DNA from: the human T2T-CHM13v2.0 reference genome, Homo sapiens
Strand: one strand, 5' to 3'
Assembly (NCBI RefSeq): GCF_009914755.1
Contig: NC_060942.1
Length of the DNA: 64,000 bases
Under the pieces are notes generated by a model, which saw nothing but the letters and a program-made list of their open reading frames with translations, made no database searches and was not told the DNA's origin. A program made the translations under genes and the position numbers. Of this stretch, positions 60,651 through 64,000 are shown one piece after another (position 1 is the first letter of the stretch; each line of letters opens with the position of its first letter).

Positions 60651-60739
60651 ATTATTTACTTATTAAACACTAACGTCCCGTTCTCCCATCACTTAGCTCC
60701 TGGCAGCCACTCAGGGTGCATATTTTAAATACTAGCAGT

Positions 60740-61160
60740 GCTAGATAAAATGATGCTAACCCGTATAACAAATAAGCCCTAAAATATATAATGGCTCAGA
60801 ACTATTTCTGACTCTATAAGGTATGGAAGGGATGTTACTGATTGTCAGTTCTTTTCCCAGCTCTTCTCTAGAATTATTACAAATGTTGATTGTTCCATCA
60901 TCACCCATATGGCTTCTAAGGTCATCATGCTTCCCTACCTCAAGACAACAGGTGGAAGAAGAGAACATGGTGAATTACCCATGTGCAGTTTATTTTAGGC
61001 CAGGCCTGGAATCAGCACACATCACATCACATACACTCAACCTCTTGATGAGACTCAGTCACAAGGCCTCAACTAGACTTCAGGGAAGCCGGAAAATACG
61101 GTCTAGTACATGAAGCAGAAATTTCGGGTTTGAGGATAAGCGAGCCAGTCTCTGCCATCA
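60740..61160 (-). mobile_element. Old MLT1 (J/K/L-like) solo LTR
   Basis: ggccaggcctggaatcagcacacatcac, ctcagtcacaaggcc, agggaagccggaaaatacggtctag and agtctctgcca. Confidence 0.65.
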
Positions 61161-62257
61161 GTCATATTAAGAGTGTAGATATGCCCAGGAATCATCATCA
61201 TTCATGCACTTAGAACTTTTACTTTTTGAAAATCTAATTTTCCCTGGCAGAAAAAGATATTTTATTTTAAATATGTCCAAAACCAAAACATATCTGAATG
61301 GCAAAATTAAAGTGTACGTATAATTCCACTGAGAAGCAAGAGATATTATCTAGATATAGAAACCTTGAGAAACAATTGAGAATCTTAGAGGAAGTGCCTT
61401 CTTCACTCAGTTCAATCAGCTATATGTTAAGTTCCAATGAGGATATCTAGAATGTTCAGAAGGTGTAGAATTATGTGTGTCCTTAAAGAATATTTCAATA
61501 GTTACCATTTCTAAAATGTCAGCATCCATATCCAAACGGTTTGTCATCTCTTAATACGCACTATAAATGCAACCATGATCAGTAGATTAATTCATTAGTT
61601 TGCAACACTGAGGAAGTTTTTAGTTTATAAATGTATTGATATTGAACACATAGAGATGTGGCTTGAAGAGCAAGACAAACAGGCATATGTTACAGTTTCT
61701 CTTCACGCAGGAAGGAATCTACTTCCTTTCACTAATTGCACTTAAAGTAACCACAGGGACTCAGGCTCCATACATAGAACACTAAGCATCTGCGTTTTCC
61801 TTTCATACAATGAGAGAAAATGCATAAATGCATTTGTTGGCAATACTGACAAAGACCGATTTGTGGAATAATTGAAACCTTGATTTCTGTCATTAGCCGG
61901 ATGTTTACAAAACTCGTCTTCCTGTCTACATTCCAGATGTTTCTCCTTATTTTAATAGCTCCTTGTTTTTCATGGGTTTTGAATTCCAAATTGTAAAGTG
62001 TCGAGGAAAAAGACTTTCGTTTGCAAGTTTCATGGAAAATGACATAATCTTAAACTCCCCAGAATCCTTGCAACATTTATTTGTAGGTCCTTCCAATTAG
62101 TTTATTTTCTATAGAAAGTCTGAGGTCTTGAATTATGTCCCAGAGTCAACATTAGATGAGTGAGCAACCTTTTGGTTCACCTCACTACTCTTGCACATCA
62201 AATACAGATTTTGGCTGAAGGTATTCTTTTTGGAATAATCTTTCTCTGCAACTTTGA

Positions 62258-62539
<282 letters not shown>

Positions 62540-63969
62540 TAAGTAAACTTATATAACTCGAGGACTTTTAAAAGATAACTTGTAAATAGAATGGCCTCTT
62601 CACTTAGGCCACATACCGTAATGGCAAATTAACCTCTATAAAGGCCTAATCTATCTATGCAGTCTACTTATTCATTTCCTAAGAAAGTGATTTACTCTGC
62701 CTGACAGTATTTTATCCTCATCATTGAGTTTCAGCCTCCTCTGTTGAATTTTCAGATTTTTTGAGTTTGTAAAGAGTGTAACATCAAAGGTAAAAGAACA
62801 ATAACATACAATTTCTAAATCCAGGGACTAATTTAAAAGCTTGAACACGCACCGCATGCACTGAAAAACCTACTAAAAGCAAATTGAGATTTGAGGAATA
62901 TGAGAGATAACCTCTATTGGATAATCTCACTCCCTCTACCTTGAATCACTAGATTCAGCTATGTTTTTTTTTCACAAAGTAGAGCAGCTGAATGTTCTTT
63001 GACCAACGTATAATTCAATGATTTCAACTTTGATAAAGGAAGAGCTCCAGAATTACATATCGAAAACTATTTCTGTACTTGACAAAATTTTGTTTTTTCT
63101 TGTGCATTTCTAATGTTTTTTGAAAAGATTAGTTGCTGATGAGTCATTCGCCAAATTTGTTTTGTTTCGCATTAAAAAACAATTGGAATTTAAAATCAAA
63201 ATGAAATGCATGGCTACTTGTTAACAAGCTGCCTTATGTTAAACACCTAACTGTACCTGTTTCCTTTTTATATAACAAAATTTGTAATGATATTTTGATT
63301 TCCTGTTCATTTTACATGAAACTGTAAAGAGGTATATCAAAATCACCTCTTGTATTTTGGGAATAAGGTGAAGTAGAGATTGGAAATATTTTAACTGGTA
63401 ATTGTGAGAGAGTAACCTTTGTAGTCTATCACTTCTTGGGTGGTTTAAATCAGCAAGTCGAAGAAGAGAGAGCAGGAGATACAGTCTGAGTGCACTTTCC
63501 ACAGAATCTCCATCCTTTCTTTCATTTGGCCAGGGCTACAGAGACAAGATGATAACAAATTGGAATAAAGTATTAATTGAAGGGACGGAAGAGGGCTAAG
63601 TTGTGCAAGTACTACAAATATTTGCCTCACAGAAATAAAAACCTCAACAACTTCAAAAGCATAGTCATGTTGAGGTTCCAGACAATTATTTGGAAATGCA
63701 GGCCCCCAGGCATAATAATAATTTGTAGGACCCAAATAATTTCTGTTTGCAAAATAAAAACACAGGGGCACATTGTTAAAAATTATTAAGATTATGGGAT
63801 GGCTACAGCAGAACGTGAGTCCTTGCACAACTTCACCCTTTGCTGCCTATGAGCTGGTCCTGCTCCCAGGTTTCTGTTCTGGGCAATGTTTTGTTGCTGT
63901 ACTGATTTAAATCACTAAACAATGCCAATTTCCTCTTCATAATGTCTATATTAACATAACATTTCAATC

Positions 63970-64000
63970 TTCTTTTTTTATTTTTGTGACGGAGTCTCAC
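63970..64000 (-). mobile_element. Start of an antisense Alu (tail end), cut by the window edge
   Basis: T-rich tail then tgtgacggagtctcac, matching the Alu 3' end reverse complement tgagacggagtctc. Confidence 0.75.

Overview
AT-rich primate (very likely human) genomic DNA lying inside the DCC netrin-1 receptor gene, transcribed on the + strand. Two coding exons are present: 40650-40806 (157 nt) and 62266-62420 (155 nt). Together they encode the end of the Ig4-FN3 linker and the first fibronectin type III repeat; by my recall of the gene these are exons 8 and 9. Everything else is intron. It holds about 14 Alu/Alu-monomer copies, a 3.8-kb 5'-truncated and disabled L1PA2-like element, several older L1 3' ends, L2 and MIR remnants, MaLR/ERVL solo LTRs (THE1, MST, MLT1, LTR16), two hAT MITEs (MER58B, MER63A) and microsatellites. 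Nearly all other ORFs in the track are chance or repeat-derived. I do not see a demonstrably new biological system. The best leads are RNA-processing hypotheses: (i) a 312-nt, stop-free, phase-symmetric exon 8-9 module bracketed by inverted Alus (circRNA with an endless FN3 ORF); (ii) a stop codon plus AATAAA right after the exon 8 donor (possible secreted truncated DCC); (iii) in-frame upstream acceptors that could lengthen the Ig4-FN1 linker; (iv) a candidate recursive splice site; (v) a mirror-image LTR[Alu]..LTR[Alu] foldback. Repeat subfamily calls come from remembered consensus motifs, and the boundaries of old repeats are approximate.
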